Shown here piece after piece: positions 25,601 through 40,075 of a stretch of DNA of 64,000 nt; within the stretch, counting starts at the first letter, position 1; each line of letters begins with the position of its first letter. The DNA comes from Lama glama (taxonomy: Eukaryota), in NCBI GenBank assembly GCA_028534125.1, contig CM052816.1, positions 18,726,001 through 18,790,000 of the forward strand, written 5' to 3'. Made by a program: the position numbers and the translations under genes. The notes beneath the pieces were generated by a model. That model did no database searches and was not told the DNA's origin. It saw nothing but the letters and a program-made list of their open reading frames with translations.

Positions 25601-27399
25601 GTGACTTCAGGTTCTGGAAGTGCTACACCTGCCAGCCGCAGGCAGTCGTGCCCTGCTGTGACCTGCCATGACCTGCAGAGAGCTGCCAAGCCTACCGCGG
25701 GAGACTGTGGGTGTCCACGTGGTGCTGAGAACCATCAATACCAGTGTCGAGGCCAGAAATCAGGATAATACTTGCCCATGTCAATTGATTTAAAGAACAA
25801 ATGGGCGTGTCCCCATTGCATGCAACTTGCACAGTGATGCATTATGGTGTGTGCACCTACATTAATCTTGGCGAGCTATGTGGGACCACAGTTTGAAAAA
25901 AGATTCAAACCGCCCCGAACTCAAGGATACCTCCTGAAATTGCGTGGCTATATGCCTGACCTCTTCACAAACCTCCTCCCTCTACTTTTGGGCCACTATT
26001 GCTCCAGCCCTCACCTCCTATTGCCAGTCCACAGCCTACTTGAGAAGAAGGCCCCAGCTGTATGGTCCTGGCTTGTCTCCAGGTTTTTGTGCCCTTTAAC
26101 ATGCTCCAAGGGTTCCTGCCTTCCCACAGGCTTCCTTATTCAGGAGCTGAATAGAGCAACATGTGTCCCTTCACAGAGCTTAGCATCAAAAATTCCTGCC
26201 CTAGACTGGGAACGTCTTAGAAGATCCACTGTACCAAAAGGCAGACCCTCCCCAGTGTTAACCTGCCTTGGGAAGAGCTTATTTCCTAGCAGCCACACAT
26301 CTTTGTGGGTGCAATAAGACTATGTTACCAAAGATAAACTAATGTAGTCATGGCCTCTGAGGCACAGATGTTGACCTTCCCAGCTAGAGATTTCTGAAGA
26401 CACAGGGAAATCGAAGAAATGGTTGCATGCCATTTTGTCATCATGCAGATTCTTGGGCTCAAACAGGCTTTACGTTCAGGTAGGCGGTTAATGATCTCAC
26501 CTGCCCAGATGCACCCCTTGGCTGGCGCTCCCTGCTGTCACCATGCAGCCCGGTTTGTCTCCTTTTGACACGTCCAGGAGTTAGGACCTTCTTCTCCCTG
26601 AGTCCTGGCCACACTGTGCCCTCTTCATTCCATTCAGATTACCTTAAATATGGGAGAGCCAAGCTCCCTCAACTTCCTTCCTCTTGTCTCAAAATTCTCA
26701 CTCAAATGTCTCTTCCTCTTCCTTTCCCAACTTGGAAAAGAAAGTCTTCTCCCTTCTCTAGCCCTTGGTCTCCATCCCCACTGTCACCCTGACTTCAGCA
26801 ACTCTCCCCTCTTCACTCTCCTTCTCCAGGTTGGTGACCTATGTCTCTCAGGACTCTGTTCCCAGGGTGGGGAGCTGCGTGGCCTGGGGCAGAACAGCGC
26901 AGAGAGCACGGACAAGTCACATAGGCCCAGCCTCAGTTTCCCCACCTGCCAAAGAGAACGACAGTGCCTGTCTCAGCCACAGAGCTGCTGCGGTGACTGC
27001 CTCACGGGACGTGCGTTAGCGCAGGGCCCGCAGCAGGGCTCAGGGCTTGTTAGCAGCAGCTGTTAGTGCCAGTGCAGCCCTTCCCGAACTCCTCTGCGAC
27101 GTTTTCTCAGTAACGTTCATCCTCTTGGTTTCTGCAGCTAACTTCTAGGACTTCAGCTGTCACTTCTCTGTCTGTCACACCTGTCGAGACCTCCAGCCCT
27201 GGCATTCCAGCTGCAGTCCTCCCTCAGCAGGAACCGAGGCAAAGTCACCACGTTGTCACTCGAGCTACCTTTCCTGCCAGCGTCCAGATCAGCAGCAGCA
27301 ACCACGAGCACGTGCTGCTCACCCCTCCACGCCAAGCTCTGTCGCGCTCACTTCGTTGGCTGTTTCTTTCCCTGCATGGGAGCACCCCCCACCTAGCGC

Positions 27400-28080
27400 C
27401 ACTCAGCTTTGCAATCTGGGTCATTTTCCACACTTCCCTCTCTCCTGCTTGGCCTGCTGGTTCTCCATCATCAATGCCTCTTCCAGCTGCCACTCCCTCT
27501 GCTCCCCAAGCCCACGGCCCTGGGTCGGGTGTTCCTAGCCTCTTGCCGGGTCTGTGGCAGCAGCCTCCAAATCAGCCTTCTCACCTCTACCATTCCCACC
27601 CCCTTCCACCTCTTCTCAAGGCCGGGGTCACTTTCCTACCACATGGTGTTGCTCAGGTCCTGCTGATGTCTGAGACGCTCCACTGCCCCCTGAATGGCAC
27701 CGAAACCCCGACTCAGCTGAAATCCAAGCTCTCCACAGCTGCCCCCGTACCTTCCATAGCCCACCTCTCCCTGCTCCCTGCATCCCGCCACACACCTGCC
27801 TCTCCTGCCACTGACTCCGTCTCTGCATCATTCCTCAGCCTGAAACACCTCTCCCCACGACATCCCTACCTTTAAATGGCAGCCAGTATTCAAAGACCGG
27901 TCAACAGCCACTTCCTCTCTGGAGCCTTCCTGATCTGCAGAGCCAGATTCAGAGGTTCCAGGGCCTTCCCCAGGCCCTTCTCATTCTGGTACCTACCTGA
28001 TTCCCCACCAGACTGTGTTCTCCATGAAGGCAGGGCTGTGTGTGTCACACAGGAAATGCTCCTGAATGAATCAATCAAAG
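27400..28080 (+). mobile_element. L2 LINE fragment
   Basis: Pyrimidine-rich L2 pattern ending ctccatgaaggcaggg...tgaatgaatcaa. Confidence 0.6.
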
Positions 28081-30564
28081 AGGTGTAACACTCAGCCCTT
28101 TGGGCCAGAGTTAATGCTGAGTGCTCCTCTCATCCCCCAAACTCTGGCCTCGTGTGGTGTTGAGGGTTTTGTGATCTGCACATTAATCAGGCTCTTAATG
28201 AAAATACAGACCTGAAAGCTCCCAAATGGGGGAGGAGTGAGTGTCCCTGGCCGTCGGTCTCCAGGATGTGACTTGGCCCAGGCAGCAGAGGGACTGCTGG
28301 CCTCTAGGACCTCAGCCCCCATTTCCAGCTCAGGCCCAGCAGGGCACCCAGTGAGGCTCCTGACCACGTGAAGAGTAATGATGACTTAAAAAGGGAAGGT
28401 CTCTCCCCAGCGCCTTCCTATCAAGGCTACATCCGACTGAACTCAGGCCAAGTGACAGAGGTTTCAGGAGAAAACCTCTGTGAAGTTGGAAGAGTTTTCG
28501 TGAGTTTCCAGTGCTGTTCAGCAGGCACCGGAAGGTGGTGCCAAACAGAAACTCCCTTTAAACTTCAACTGACGATGTCATTTGCTAAAACGCTTCTGTA
28601 TAACAATTTTGCAGTACGTACCAAGAATCTTAAAAATGACCATACTCTTTGACCCACTCACGAATTAGAGCCCACACGTTTAGGGAAATGAACCCCAAAT
28701 GAAGGCAACTCTTTATGGACAACTTTGCTGATCACATCACTATTTTTAAAAGACGGAAAACTGTAAACAAGCTAAATGTTTGTCAGTTGGAAGACATTTG
28801 AATAATAAGTGTAATCGTATAGCTAACATTTATTTCATGTTTGCAATGTACAAGACACTTGCTGAGATCCATGTGTTATACACTGTCCCATCCCATCCCA
28901 GTTATGAAGTAGCTACTCTTGTTAGACCTTGTTTTGCAGGTGAGTAAACTGAGGCTTGGCGATCATAGGCATCTTGTCCAGAGCTTCCGGACTCTGGTGG
29001 AGGTTGGATTAGGAGCAGGTAGTCAAACTCTAGAGACTGAATTCTTACCAGACTATATCAATCCTCTCAAAATGTGTGTATATGTGTGTGGAATTTTAAT
29101 TTTACATGCTATTTTAGTAACATAGAAAATGTTTCTGTTATAATGTTGAGTTAAAAACAGGATATGAAACTGTGTATAACATGAGAACAACAGCTTAAAA
29201 CATTTAATCCATGCATATAGAAAAGGGAAAGGAAACACAGTGATCGTATTTAGGTGGTTGGGCACTTTTTCCCTGTACATCCAATGTTCAGTACTTCATA
29301 CATTTCCAACCACAGGTCACCACTAATAGACAATCGGAAGGAACTCAGTGGCTTTATATTTGCACGTCTCCAACCAGATGAACTGAGCTCTCACCTCGAC
29401 ACGGCCTCCAGTCTACCTGACACAAGCCTGAAAGCAGAGAAGCCGGAAGCCTCCAGCACCTGGCTTCAGGACATGGCTTAGTCTCTCATCACCCATCATC
29501 ACCACCCAGGAAGCGGACTGGCAATTCTGGGATAGAGCTGTAAGCCATGAGCAATTCCACAAGCCCTGCACAAGCTGGCCTAAAAATAACCATCGTGGCA
29601 CAACAACCATGCAGAGCAGGCCTGACTCAGAGCACAGACCACGAGCTTGCAATGAACCACAGCCCCACACTGCTCAGTCCACACAGCACTTGGCTCTGCA
29701 TGGTGTTATGTTGGTTTGTTTGTGTTTGATTTTATTTTAAACTGAATTATCTGACAATTTCCAACTGAAAGACCCTGGAAAAAATACACCTTTCTGCCTT
29801 CTCTTAAAAAGCAAAAGATCCAGGCCACATGGCAATGGTCAGCTGGAGCAGAGTCGTAGACACCCTGCTAGACAGGACCTGGGCACCTTGCAACCGTTCC
29901 CATTGCTCCCTGCTGCTGCCCAGGCACCAAAGCTGACACGTGCCTAAACTGCTGCTTTCTAACAGCAGAGTGATATGGAAAGTGAAGTATGTTTTGTGTC
30001 CATGTTTCAATCAAAAGAGGAAAAATGAAATGTAGGTCAGGAGGGCTATGGGTTCAAAAAAAAACGGAAGAGGGTACATTTTCCAGGTACCTCTGCTCAC
30101 TTATGTTACCTCCCCAATCCCAGTGAGTCTTCGAGTTTTCTACCCCTGGTCTAGAGGGTTCCTGAGGAACAAGCAAAAGAAAACCACATCCTTCCTCATT
30201 TTCTGGAGAGACTCCTGGCAGAAAATCCTGTCTGGTGACCCACTGCCTGCTTGCCTGCTCCATCGCCAACAGTTGATCTTGCCCAGCACCTGGAGTTGCC
30301 AAAGCCCTTTCCACAAGCATTGGAGGCGGGGAGGGTAAGGAAGAGTGGACCGCACAGAGAAGAGCTATCCAAAGCCGCAGAATTCAAACCCATCCCTGGA
30401 GCTCATGAGCTGCGCCCACTACTTGAACAATGCCATTTTGGAGACGTGCTCCCAGCCCCCTTCCCTCCCTTTATGTTTACAGCTGGTTTGTGCAAAGGCC
30501 CAGATATTACCTAAGTTGCCACAGCTTCAGCTTCTACAGAGTCCTGGGGCAGAAGCAGAAACAG

Positions 30565-30770
30565 CGCCAGTGGACTCTGAGTCAGGCTGCCTAGGTCTGT
30601 ATCCCAGCCCCAGCTCCCACTAGGCAGCGATCTCAAGCAGGTGACGGAATCTCTCTGTGCCTCAGTCTTCCCTGTGTAAACGTCTAGGAATTGGATCGCT
30701 AGGAAGATTAAACACACACTAAGATCGTCGCACAGTGTCTGGCCCATGACAAGGACTCAGTAAACACTGG
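30565..30770 (+). mobile_element. MIR SINE
   Basis: ggactctgagtcaggctgcctagg...ctctctgtgcctcagtcttccc. Confidence 0.75.
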
Positions 30771-33357
30771 CCCCTAAGCCCCACTGCTGTGACTGTCCTG
30801 GCTTAGCCTAGATCAGAGGCCCTGGGGCACAGCTAGGGCTCTCCAGCCTTGGATTCCATCTTCCTGCCACCCACTTGGGTTAACCACTTTGCCTTTGCAC
30901 TGCCAGCTAAGCCCCCGGGACCAGGTGCTAATGACTTCAAACTTCGCAGGGCTGAGAAGGGCTTGCATTCAGGATCTCCCTTGGCCTCTCAGTAAGAGCC
31001 TTCCCTGATCTCCCAAAAGGCCAGCTTCCTGGCACACTGGGGAGGACGGAACAAACACATTTTCATTTTCTGCTGCTGCCTCAAGGGGTTTACTTAAGAA
31101 TCACTTTCCTTCTGGCAACACCGATGAACTTCTGGCACCAGGGTCAGGGAACTGCCTCCTTCCTGAGATGCTGTCAGTGCCTCCCACAGTAGAGAGGGAC
31201 AAGGCGGGCACACAGGTCCCCACATTCTCCCCGCTCAGAGGACTTATCCAGGAAACAAGGCTCTCGAAGGGCCTCGACTTCCCAAATGGGCAGTTCTAGA
31301 GATTCCCAGCCCAGGTTCCCATGGCCCAGGCGAGCAGGCAGGGGTGGCCCTCATGGCTGCCCTGACCAGACGCACAGTCCTAACCTCCAGCCTCTCCTTC
31401 CACCCCTCCTACCACCTGCCCCTGAGCCTGGCTGAGATGGCAGCCCACTGCCTCCCACCCACCCTGTTTTGAGTGGCCCAATTTCTGTCTGCCTGTCTGC
31501 TGGCAGGACAGAGCACCACAAGAGGGACAGGACAGAGTATTTTGTTCACCGCTGTGTCCCCAGCACCTAGCCCTGTGCCTGGCACACAGCAGGTGCATAA
31601 CTATTGTGTGTTGGATACATGAACAGGGCTAACAGTCACGCCGACCTCATGCTGTTGGGGTGGATATTAGATGAGCTGATGCATGTACAGCGCTTAACTC
31701 AGCACCAGGCACACCATGAGCACTGAGCAACTTTGTCAGCTACTAATGGAGGCTGCTCAGCTCCCCAGAACAAAGGCTTCTGCACTCCCAGCGTGGGGGC
31801 CTTTCTTGGGTCTGACTTTTCTCTAGCTGCTCCTATCCTTCCTCCATCTCCAGAGGCTTCTAGTCTGGACTCAGGACCCCTGTGGCTCAGGCCATGGCCT
31901 GCCAAGTCAGCCACTGTTCTAGCACCGCCTGCAGGGAAGGTGGGGGTGGATGAGGGCAGGACAGAAGATGGAACCAAACACTGCCAGGAAAGCTCAATAA
32001 TTAACATGCCTCCAAATGTCGCAGGCACCTCTTGAGAAACATCTCCCTTGGTGTCCAGGCTGGCTGCGGGCCCCCTCACACACTCACATGCACGCTGCCG
32101 TCTACTTCCTCCCCTGCCACAGACAAGGCGCCCAAGTTGTGAAGGAGGTGGGGCTGCCCCCAGGAGCCGAGGGGCCTCATCACTGAGACTCTTCCAACAT
32201 CTGGACTCCAAAGAGCTATAAGGCTTATGGAGAGATTTCCTCTGCACCTGAGACTAAAACAGCTTTTCTAAAGTTGACAGGAGAGCACAGAAAGCCAGCC
32301 CGGGGGCCAGGATTCCTGGATTCTAGGCCTGCTCGTGATGGCCTTCATTTCTCTGCATTTTGGCTTTTGCCTCCAGGGTAGGATCAGCTTCAAACATTTC
32401 TCAGAGCTGCCATCCTTTGATCAAACCGAACCGTACGAAGACATGACTCAGCATGTCAGGGAGACAGAGGTGGGGATCCCCCTGCCCTGTGGCCCCCCAG
32501 GCCGCCCCATGGGTTGTGCTCTGTGACCCCCTGGGTGATCCAACCTGCTCATTGTCCTGCATCTCCCTGCATGCTGACAGTGACCATGGGCCTGGGGGCA
32601 CTGAGTATCCAGCTGGTATGACTCATGTTCTTGGGGCAGCCGTGCCCCAGGCTGTCCATGTACCCCAGTGAGGAGCATCAGCATGGAGGATGCTCGGAGG
32701 ATGTGTAGTCCTGGCCTGGGCACCTCCCTAGTCGGGCAGGGAGTGCAGGCTGAGTAGAGGCACCCAGGTTGGGGGTATGAGAGGCGCTGGGCCCTGATGC
32801 TCCTGAGCTGTGGGGCACATCTGAGTCCCAGCCTCTAGGGCAGAGGGCTTATATGGAGGCCATTTGGAAGGCCACCAGGGAGAGGGGTCCTATCCACAAG
32901 AGCTGTCAGGTATATATCTGAGGTGACGGGAAGGACCATGGATCCAGTCCTTCCATTATACAGAAAAGGAGACTGAGGCCTGGGAAGGGACAGTATCTTC
33001 CCTAAGGAGACACAGTAAAATGAGAGCCAAGAACCAAACCCCAAGTTATTGCAATTTGTCTTCTAAGACCCCCAGCTCATCCTTCCTCTAGAGCTGACAG
33101 CTTTAACTCTGTACAGCAAGTGCCTTCCAGTTCTTTCAATCCTCTTTTATCAAAACGGCTCCCAGGAGAAGAGGCAGCAACCTCTTTCCCAGTAGGGAGA
33201 AGAGGACAACTGCAGCTGGGGTGCAGGACTAGCTTCATGGCACACAAGAAATGAAGTTCTAATGGAATGTCAGGAGCAAGAAGGGAGTGGCTTGCTTCAT
33301 GGCCCTGCAGCTGGTCCTGCACGGGGCCTCCCTGGCTGCATCCCCTGGCATGTGGGG

Positions 33358-33510
33358 CAGGTGTGGGCCTGAGACCCGGCAGTCACAGAGGGTCCATCAC
33401 CTGACTTAATGCTCTGCTGTTGTCCTTCTTAAATTCTTACTAATTTTTGAACAGGGGAGTCTGCATTTTCAATTTGCATGGAGGGCTGCAAATTACATAG
33501 CTGGCCCTCA
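33358..33510. mobile_element. MER91-like hAT DNA transposon
   Basis: ttaatgctctgctgttg...ttaaattcttactaatttttgaaca...tgcaaattacatagctggccct. Confidence 0.6.
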
Positions 33511-33514
33511 CTAG

Positions 33515-33680
33515 CCAGTCATTAACTGTGTATCCTTAAATAAGTACCTTAACTTTGGAAGCCTCAGTTTTCTCATCTGCAAAATGGAAACAATCACAAC
33601 ACCTGCCTCACAGGATTGTGCATGAAGAGAACATGTGCAGAGCTTGATGCAAGTGCCTGGCGCATAGTAAATCCTTAATC
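33515..33680 (+). mobile_element. MIR SINE
   Basis: gcctcagttttctcatctgcaaaatggaa...cctggcgcatagtaa. Confidence 0.8.
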
Positions 33681-33820
33681 GATGGGAGTTACCCTATAGA
33701 TAAAATAATATGACAGAGATGCCCTAGTCCATAAAAAGGATGTTAAGTGTATCCCAGATCGACAAACCAAGAAAGGGTCACAGGTGCCCTGACACCAGGC
33801 TCCCTCCCCTGGCCTCTTAC

Positions 33821-34079
33821 CTTCCTGAAACGGCTGTGTTTGCATCTGCAGCCGGATCTTGATGAGGTCCACGGGTGCTCCCAGCCCAACAGAGACCACA
33901 CCAGCCACCATGCTGGCCAGGAGCAGGTCAGACAGCACATGGTGCGGACCAGCCTCGGGCTCTTGGCACCGATGGTGGCTGAGGAACCTCTGTGTGTTGC
34001 TGAAGACCCCGAACACCACTGAGTTGTAGACAGCGATGCTGGCAAGGGGGAAGGACATGCCCTTGAAGAAGCCGAACAC
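33821..34079 (-). CDS. SLC25A48: SLC25A48 exon 4
   Basis: tctccccacag| VFGFFKGMSFPLASIAVYNSVVFG...GAPVDLIKIRLQMQTQPFQE |gtaaga; 259 nt; second signature PVDLIKIR. Confidence 0.97.
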
Positions 34080-34975
34080 CTGTGGGGAGACCCAGGGGAG
34101 GAAGCCTGAGGGCCCGGGCTGCCCTTGGCAGAAACCCTGCCCTCTTGGAGCCCTCAGGCTGGTGGGGGAGATACCACAGGAAAAGTCAACCAGTACATTG
34201 GTGGAGAAAAATGAAAGAGGATGATGATGTGAGAGGAGAAACAGGGGAGGGTGAGAGCACCCTCGCCCTGAAGAGGAACTGGCTTCTGCATGGAGCTCTG
34301 CTTCCTGAGCTGCAGGATGCTGGGCCTGGAACCTGCATTTGTCACTGGAGTGGCAGTGTTCCTGGACTGAGGCCGAGGGGGAGCCCCAGTGGGTAGTGGG
34401 CTTGCCAAGCATCATACACTCCCTCCTCCTGCGCCACTCCAACAAAAGCATCCTCTGGGCACTGGCCATGTGCCAGGCCCTGGGGACAGCAAGAAAGAAA
34501 CACTCTCCACCCTCACTGAGCTCACAGTTGCGCGGGGGGAGGGGGGGCGGTGGGAAGGAAACCCAGATAGACAAACTGACATGTGCTAAAATAAGCCTGT
34601 GGTGAGGAGGTACGAAGGGCTCCACAGCTCCTCAGGGCACCTGGGTCAGCATGTAGCTGGGTGCCCCTGAGCAAGAGCATCTGTTGGAAAACAGCTAGAG
34701 AGGGTGCCCCCGGAAGGGCAGCACCAAGAGGCTCCTGCACAGGTTGCAGGAGGCTGAGAGAAGCCAGGGTCCCTCCCACACTGTATTCTCAGTGAACACC
34801 ACAGATGCTCCACTGAAGTGGGAAACTTCCATAGGCCCTTAGAAGAAGGAGTCAGGGCAACACAGATGACACCTAAGACAAAAAAGCACTGGGAAGCTGT
34901 GGTAAAAACTCCACGCCATGCTCAAACCCACTAATCCTGCCCTGCATGTGTGGACCCTATTTGCCAGGGGCAGGA

Positions 34976-35062
34976 CACCACACACACACACCACACACAT
35001 ACCACACACACACCTGTCCACATGCACATGTGCATGCATACACACTCACATGTACACACACA
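34976..35062. repeat. CA-rich simple repeat
   Basis: Direct reading. Confidence 0.85.
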
Positions 35063-36131
35063 CCATGCTTCAGGCTCTTCTTCTATAAGATCCCTCAGAC
35101 AACCTGGGGTATCGCTTAGCCCTGAGCTGTGGTGCCTCAGAGGAATGCCCACAGTCACCACAGAAGCCTCAAAGCTGCGACGCTGGCTGGTAGACACTGC
35201 AGGGAACATGGACCAAAAAGGAGAATCAACAGCTGTCATTCAGGGGCTGGAGCAATTGCACAACATCTTGTACTGGTTTAAAGAATTTAAAGCAGATTTT
35301 AAAGCAGAAGTTAGAGGGAGGCAGAACAACAGCTAGACATAAGACATCCTTCATCACGGGAGAAACTCCAGGTGTGGGCAGGAGGCTTCCAAGCTCCAGG
35401 GCCCGGCCTAGGAAGAAGCCTGGTAGGGACAGCGGTCAACGATGGGGCCACATCTCCAAGGACTCAAGGAAAAGCTCAGGGCTGCTACGGGGCTTACCCC
35501 TGACCATTTCTTTAAATCAACAGCTCATTTCTTCCTACATTTTAAAATTTATTTTAAATTCCCCAAGGAGGAGTCTTAGAAAGCCTTCCCAAAGCATACG
35601 TTCATTCTCAAGAAGGGTACGTGATGCTTCTTGCATAAAATGATATTTAGATGTTCCTCTTTGCAGGAAAAAACCCTTGGTCCATGGTTTGGAGTGACCT
35701 GTAGCACAAGCTCGCCCTGGTGTCTGGGGTCAGAAGAGCCTGGTCCCCATTCCACCCAGATAAGGGAGTCTGTGTGCATACAGTTTAACTGTCACTCATT
35801 TGGTTTTGAAAACCTGACAGATCATCTTGTTTTTGCAGGGATTTTCCCCACTGTGGCTCTAAATTCCTCAGAACTTCTCCAGGGAAGTTACACAAAACCA
35901 GCTTTTTCCCTCAATAACGTCGCACTTGGTGGGAGGGTTGAGTTTAGGTAACACATAATATTTGAGGAGTGCTGTGAGATGAACAGGGAAAACTGAGCCA
36001 CAGGTAATGAGCGCTAATGAACAGGCCTCCTGCCAGGTGGACAGACAGACATGCTAGTGAGAGGGCTGCGACCTCAGTCCCCAGGAGGCCCCGGCAGGTG
36101 TGGCCCAGCTGCCCTCGCAGGGACCACTTAC

Positions 36132-36203
36132 ACTCTCCCTTCTGTACACGGTGCGGATGCAGCTGAGGGTGCTCCCGTAGCCATTGCCAGCCTGCAGGCG
36201 GGC
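36132..36203 (-). CDS. SLC25A48: SLC25A48 exon 3
   Basis: cctctctccacag| ARLQAGNGYGSTLSCIRTVYRRES |gtaagt; 72 nt. Confidence 0.96.
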
Positions 36204-37215
36204 CTGTGGAGAGAGGCAAGGGCGTGAGGGACCACGTGGAGCCAGGTCATGTCCCCACGGCCCCCAAGACACTGAGCTCCCAGAATGGAGGCCCAGAGAG
36301 GGAAAGGCCCTGCCACAAGGGAGCCAGTCAGGAAGGAGGCCTGGGCTTCCGCCCTGGCCCAGCTGACCCGCTGTCCTCTACCTACACCGCCACCCTCCAT
36401 GTCCCACTCACACCTTGCTAAATGCAGCAGAAGCCCTTTTCGTCTCAGAGAAGAACAAAGGCCAGTTTGTTGTGCAAAAACAGTGCTTGTGTGGGGACAT
36501 AAGATTCTGCTGCATCTTGAGTACAAAAAGCTAACCGGTGGCTCCCGTCCATCTGCGGTCCGTCACTCTGCCGTCCTCAGTACTCCTGAAGGCAGCCTGT
36601 CCTTCTCACCCCCACAGCCCCTTCATCTCTCACCTGGACGATGGGCTGGTCTCCTCACTGGCCCCCCTTGCTCCTTTGCCTGTGTCTACACAACAGTCAG
36701 ACTGATCATTTCCAAACAACAGTGAATGGTGTCACTGCTGTTTCAAGCTCTCCAGTGGCCTCCCATCAAACTCAGAATAAATTCCACACTTAGTCAGCAC
36801 CCATTTCCTCCACACCCCTGCCCTCTGTGCCCACCACACGGCACACTCCCACTCTCCGAACCATCAGTTCTTTCCTGCCTCCAGAACGTTCCACCTACGT
36901 GGAAGGCTCTTTCTCCAGCTCATCTTTGGGGTCTGAGCTTACATGCTGCAATGATGTCATCTGTTTGTCTTTTTACTTAGGGTCTATTTGGGCTCCTGAT
37001 CTGGGGCAGGGTCGTCTCGTATTTCCCTCTCATCCCCGGAGCTGAGCGTAGCCCTGGCACTTGGCCGTTTGCACTGGCTGACCAAGGGGCTGGAGGGTGA
37101 AGCTGTGGTGTCCTCTAACAGAGGCTGACTCGGGTGACCGGGGCCATCTATAGTCAGGGAGAGGGTCTGAGTAAGGCTGCAGAAGAGCCCAGGGCACCCC
37201 TCACCCCGGTCTTAA

Positions 37216-37715
37216 NNNNNNNNNNNNNNNNNNNNNNNNNNNNNNNNNNNNNNNNNNNNNNNNNNNNNNNNNNNNNNNNNNNNNNNNNNNNNNNNNNNNN
37301 NNNNNNNNNNNNNNNNNNNNNNNNNNNNNNNNNNNNNNNNNNNNNNNNNNNNNNNNNNNNNNNNNNNNNNNNNNNNNNNNNNNNNNNNNNNNNNNNNNNN
37401 NNNNNNNNNNNNNNNNNNNNNNNNNNNNNNNNNNNNNNNNNNNNNNNNNNNNNNNNNNNNNNNNNNNNNNNNNNNNNNNNNNNNNNNNNNNNNNNNNNNN
37501 NNNNNNNNNNNNNNNNNNNNNNNNNNNNNNNNNNNNNNNNNNNNNNNNNNNNNNNNNNNNNNNNNNNNNNNNNNNNNNNNNNNNNNNNNNNNNNNNNNNN
37601 NNNNNNNNNNNNNNNNNNNNNNNNNNNNNNNNNNNNNNNNNNNNNNNNNNNNNNNNNNNNNNNNNNNNNNNNNNNNNNNNNNNNNNNNNNNNNNNNNNNN
37701 NNNNNNNNNNNNNNN
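37216..37715. other. Assembly gap (500 N) in SLC25A48 intron 2
   Basis: Run of N. Confidence 0.99.
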
Positions 37716-38566
37716 AATCTGGAAGTCAGGGTGAGGAGGCACTATTTGTGGTTGTGTTCTCAGGCTATACCTCTAAATGCTTCTCCTCATGGCGGGCAGA
37801 TGGCAGGGAGACAGGTGGAATCAAAGAATATCCCTTTGTAACATCTCACTTCTCAATGATTTGATGTGTTGTGTGACCTGCGGCTACATCTTTCCTCTTT
37901 CTGGGCCAGTCTCTACATCTGCAGAACAAGGGGCGTGGATGTTCCGACTGCCAGATGGCTTGGCTGGCTCCATCAGGTTAGAATGGCTTCCCATTCCCAA
38001 CCTAAGCCCAGAGCCCTAACCTGATAGTCAAGGCCTCCAAGGACTGAGTGCCGACCTACCTGCCTTTCCTGGATTCTGATCTGTGGCTGCTTTCAGAAAC
38101 CTGATGCATCAGCAGCACTGGCCATGCTGGCCTTTCCCGAGCACGGCACCCAGGCAGTGTCTCCACCTCAGTGTCTTTGCCCGTGCTGTGCTCTGGGCCT
38201 GGAATATCGTTTCTCAACACCCAACCTTAAATTGTGGGCTCCGATGCCACCTTACCCTGGAAGCCTTTCTGGTTCCTTAATTCCAGAAAGACTTACAGAA
38301 CACTCACCAGTGCCCCGGCCCCCTCCCCGGCAGCTCATGAGAATCTGGAGGCAGAAATGGAACACTTACAACAACAAAATTGCTGCCAAGCAATGAGGGT
38401 AGAGCATTCCAAACCAGGCCTCCTAGCACTCCACCCCCACGGGCTGGCACAGGGACCCGGCCCTGGGCTGGAGACTTTCTGGGAATCAGAAACAGCAGGC
38501 AAGTTCCTAAAGGCAAACTCATTACAGACCCCTTTCCTGAACGTAATGGCAACATGGCTACTGTAC

Positions 38567-38610
38567 CTTGACCGTGTCCAGAGGGTGGCCGACAATGACA
38601 CTGGCTGCAC
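38567..38610 (-). CDS. SLC25A48: SLC25A48 exon 2
   Basis: ttctttgacccacag| (G)AASVIVGHPLDTVK |gtacag; 44 nt; first carrier signature PxDxxK. Confidence 0.96.
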
Positions 38611-38844
38611 CTGTGGGTCAAAGAAGAACACCTGGTTACTCAGCTCCTGGACTCCTAGCTGGCACCAGCTGGCCCTCAGGAGAGAACGAAGGGCTCAGAC
38701 ACTTACAGTCACTTACTTGGTCAGTGCCCAGGCACCAGAAGGGCCCCTCAGTGTGGCAGGCACTGGCCCACCCATGGCGAAGGCAAAGAAAAATTGAGTA
38801 AAACCTGGTCCTGCCTCAAGAAGCAAGCACCCTAAAGAAAAGAA

Positions 38845-40075
38845 GTGAAGATGCTGGTATAACTGGGTCTGCATGTGCAAAAGAATAAAGTTATACCTCC
38901 ACCTCATACCTACACAAAGCTTAACTCAAAATAACCCAAAGGCTTAAACAGAAGCAATAAAATGATAAAAATCATACACTAAAACACAGGGGGAAATCTC
39001 CATAACTGTAAATTTGCACTAGATTCTTAGGCATGACACCAAAAGTGCAAGCAACAAAAGAAAAATTGGGTACATTGGATGTCATGAAAATTAAAAATAT
39101 TTGTGCATAAAAGAACACTCTCAAGAAAGTAAAGAAACCTAGAGAATGGGGCAAAATATTTGCAAATCATACATTTGATAAGGGTCTAGTATCCAGAATA
39201 TGTAAAGAACTCCAACAACTAAAAAGAAAAAAAAATGTTAAAGGGCAAAGGAGTTGAACAGACATTTCTCTAAAGATATACAAACGGCCAACATGTACAT
39301 GAAAAGATGCTCAACATCATTAGTCATTAGGGAAATGCAAGTCAAAACCACAGTGAGATTCTGCTTCACACCCACTAGGATGGCTATAATGGAAAAAAAA
39401 AAGGAAAAGGAAAATAACAAGTGTCGTGAGAATGCAGAGAAACTGGAACTCTTATGAATTGCTGGTGGAAATGTAAAATGGTGCAGCTGCTGTAGGAAAC
39501 AGTTTGGCTCATCACAAAGTGAAATATAGGATTACCGTATGACCCAGCAATTCCACTCCCAGAAATATACTTAGATGAACTGAAAACAGCACTCAAACAA
39601 GTATGTGGACACACGTTTGTAGCAGCACTACTCACAAAAGCCAGAAGGTAAAAACAGCCCAATGTCCATTGCTGGAAGGACGGCTAAACACAATGTGGTA
39701 TATCCATACAATGGAATATCAGTAGGCCTAAGGAGGAATGAAGTACTGACACATGCCACAGTGTGGATGAACAGGGAAAACACTACGCTAGGTGAAAGGC
39801 CAGATGAAACAGGTCACACATGGTATGATTCCACTTAGATGAATTATCCACAATAGGTAAATCCACAGAGACAGACAGTGGATTAATGGTTGCCCAGGTT
39901 TGGAGGCAGGGAAATGGGAATGCCTGCTTAATGGGTCCAGGAACTTCTTTGGGCATGAAAAAAAATGTTTTGGAACCAGACAGATGGTTGCACAACATTG
40001 TGAATGTACCAAATACCACTGAACTGTACACCTCCAAATGATTAATTTTAGGGTATGTGAATTTCACCTCAAAAA
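38845..40075 (+). mobile_element. L1MB-like ORF2 C-terminus plus 3' UTR
   Basis: LNRHFSKDIQTANMYMKRCSTSLVIREMQVKTTVRF peptide; gacccagcaattccactcc; typical 3' end. Confidence 0.92.

Noticed and set aside
33675..34625. 316-aa ORF as a whole gene
   Set aside because: Only 33821-34079 is exon 4; the flanks are intronic read-through
37134..37841. ORFs spanning poly-X
   Set aside because: Artefact of the N gap
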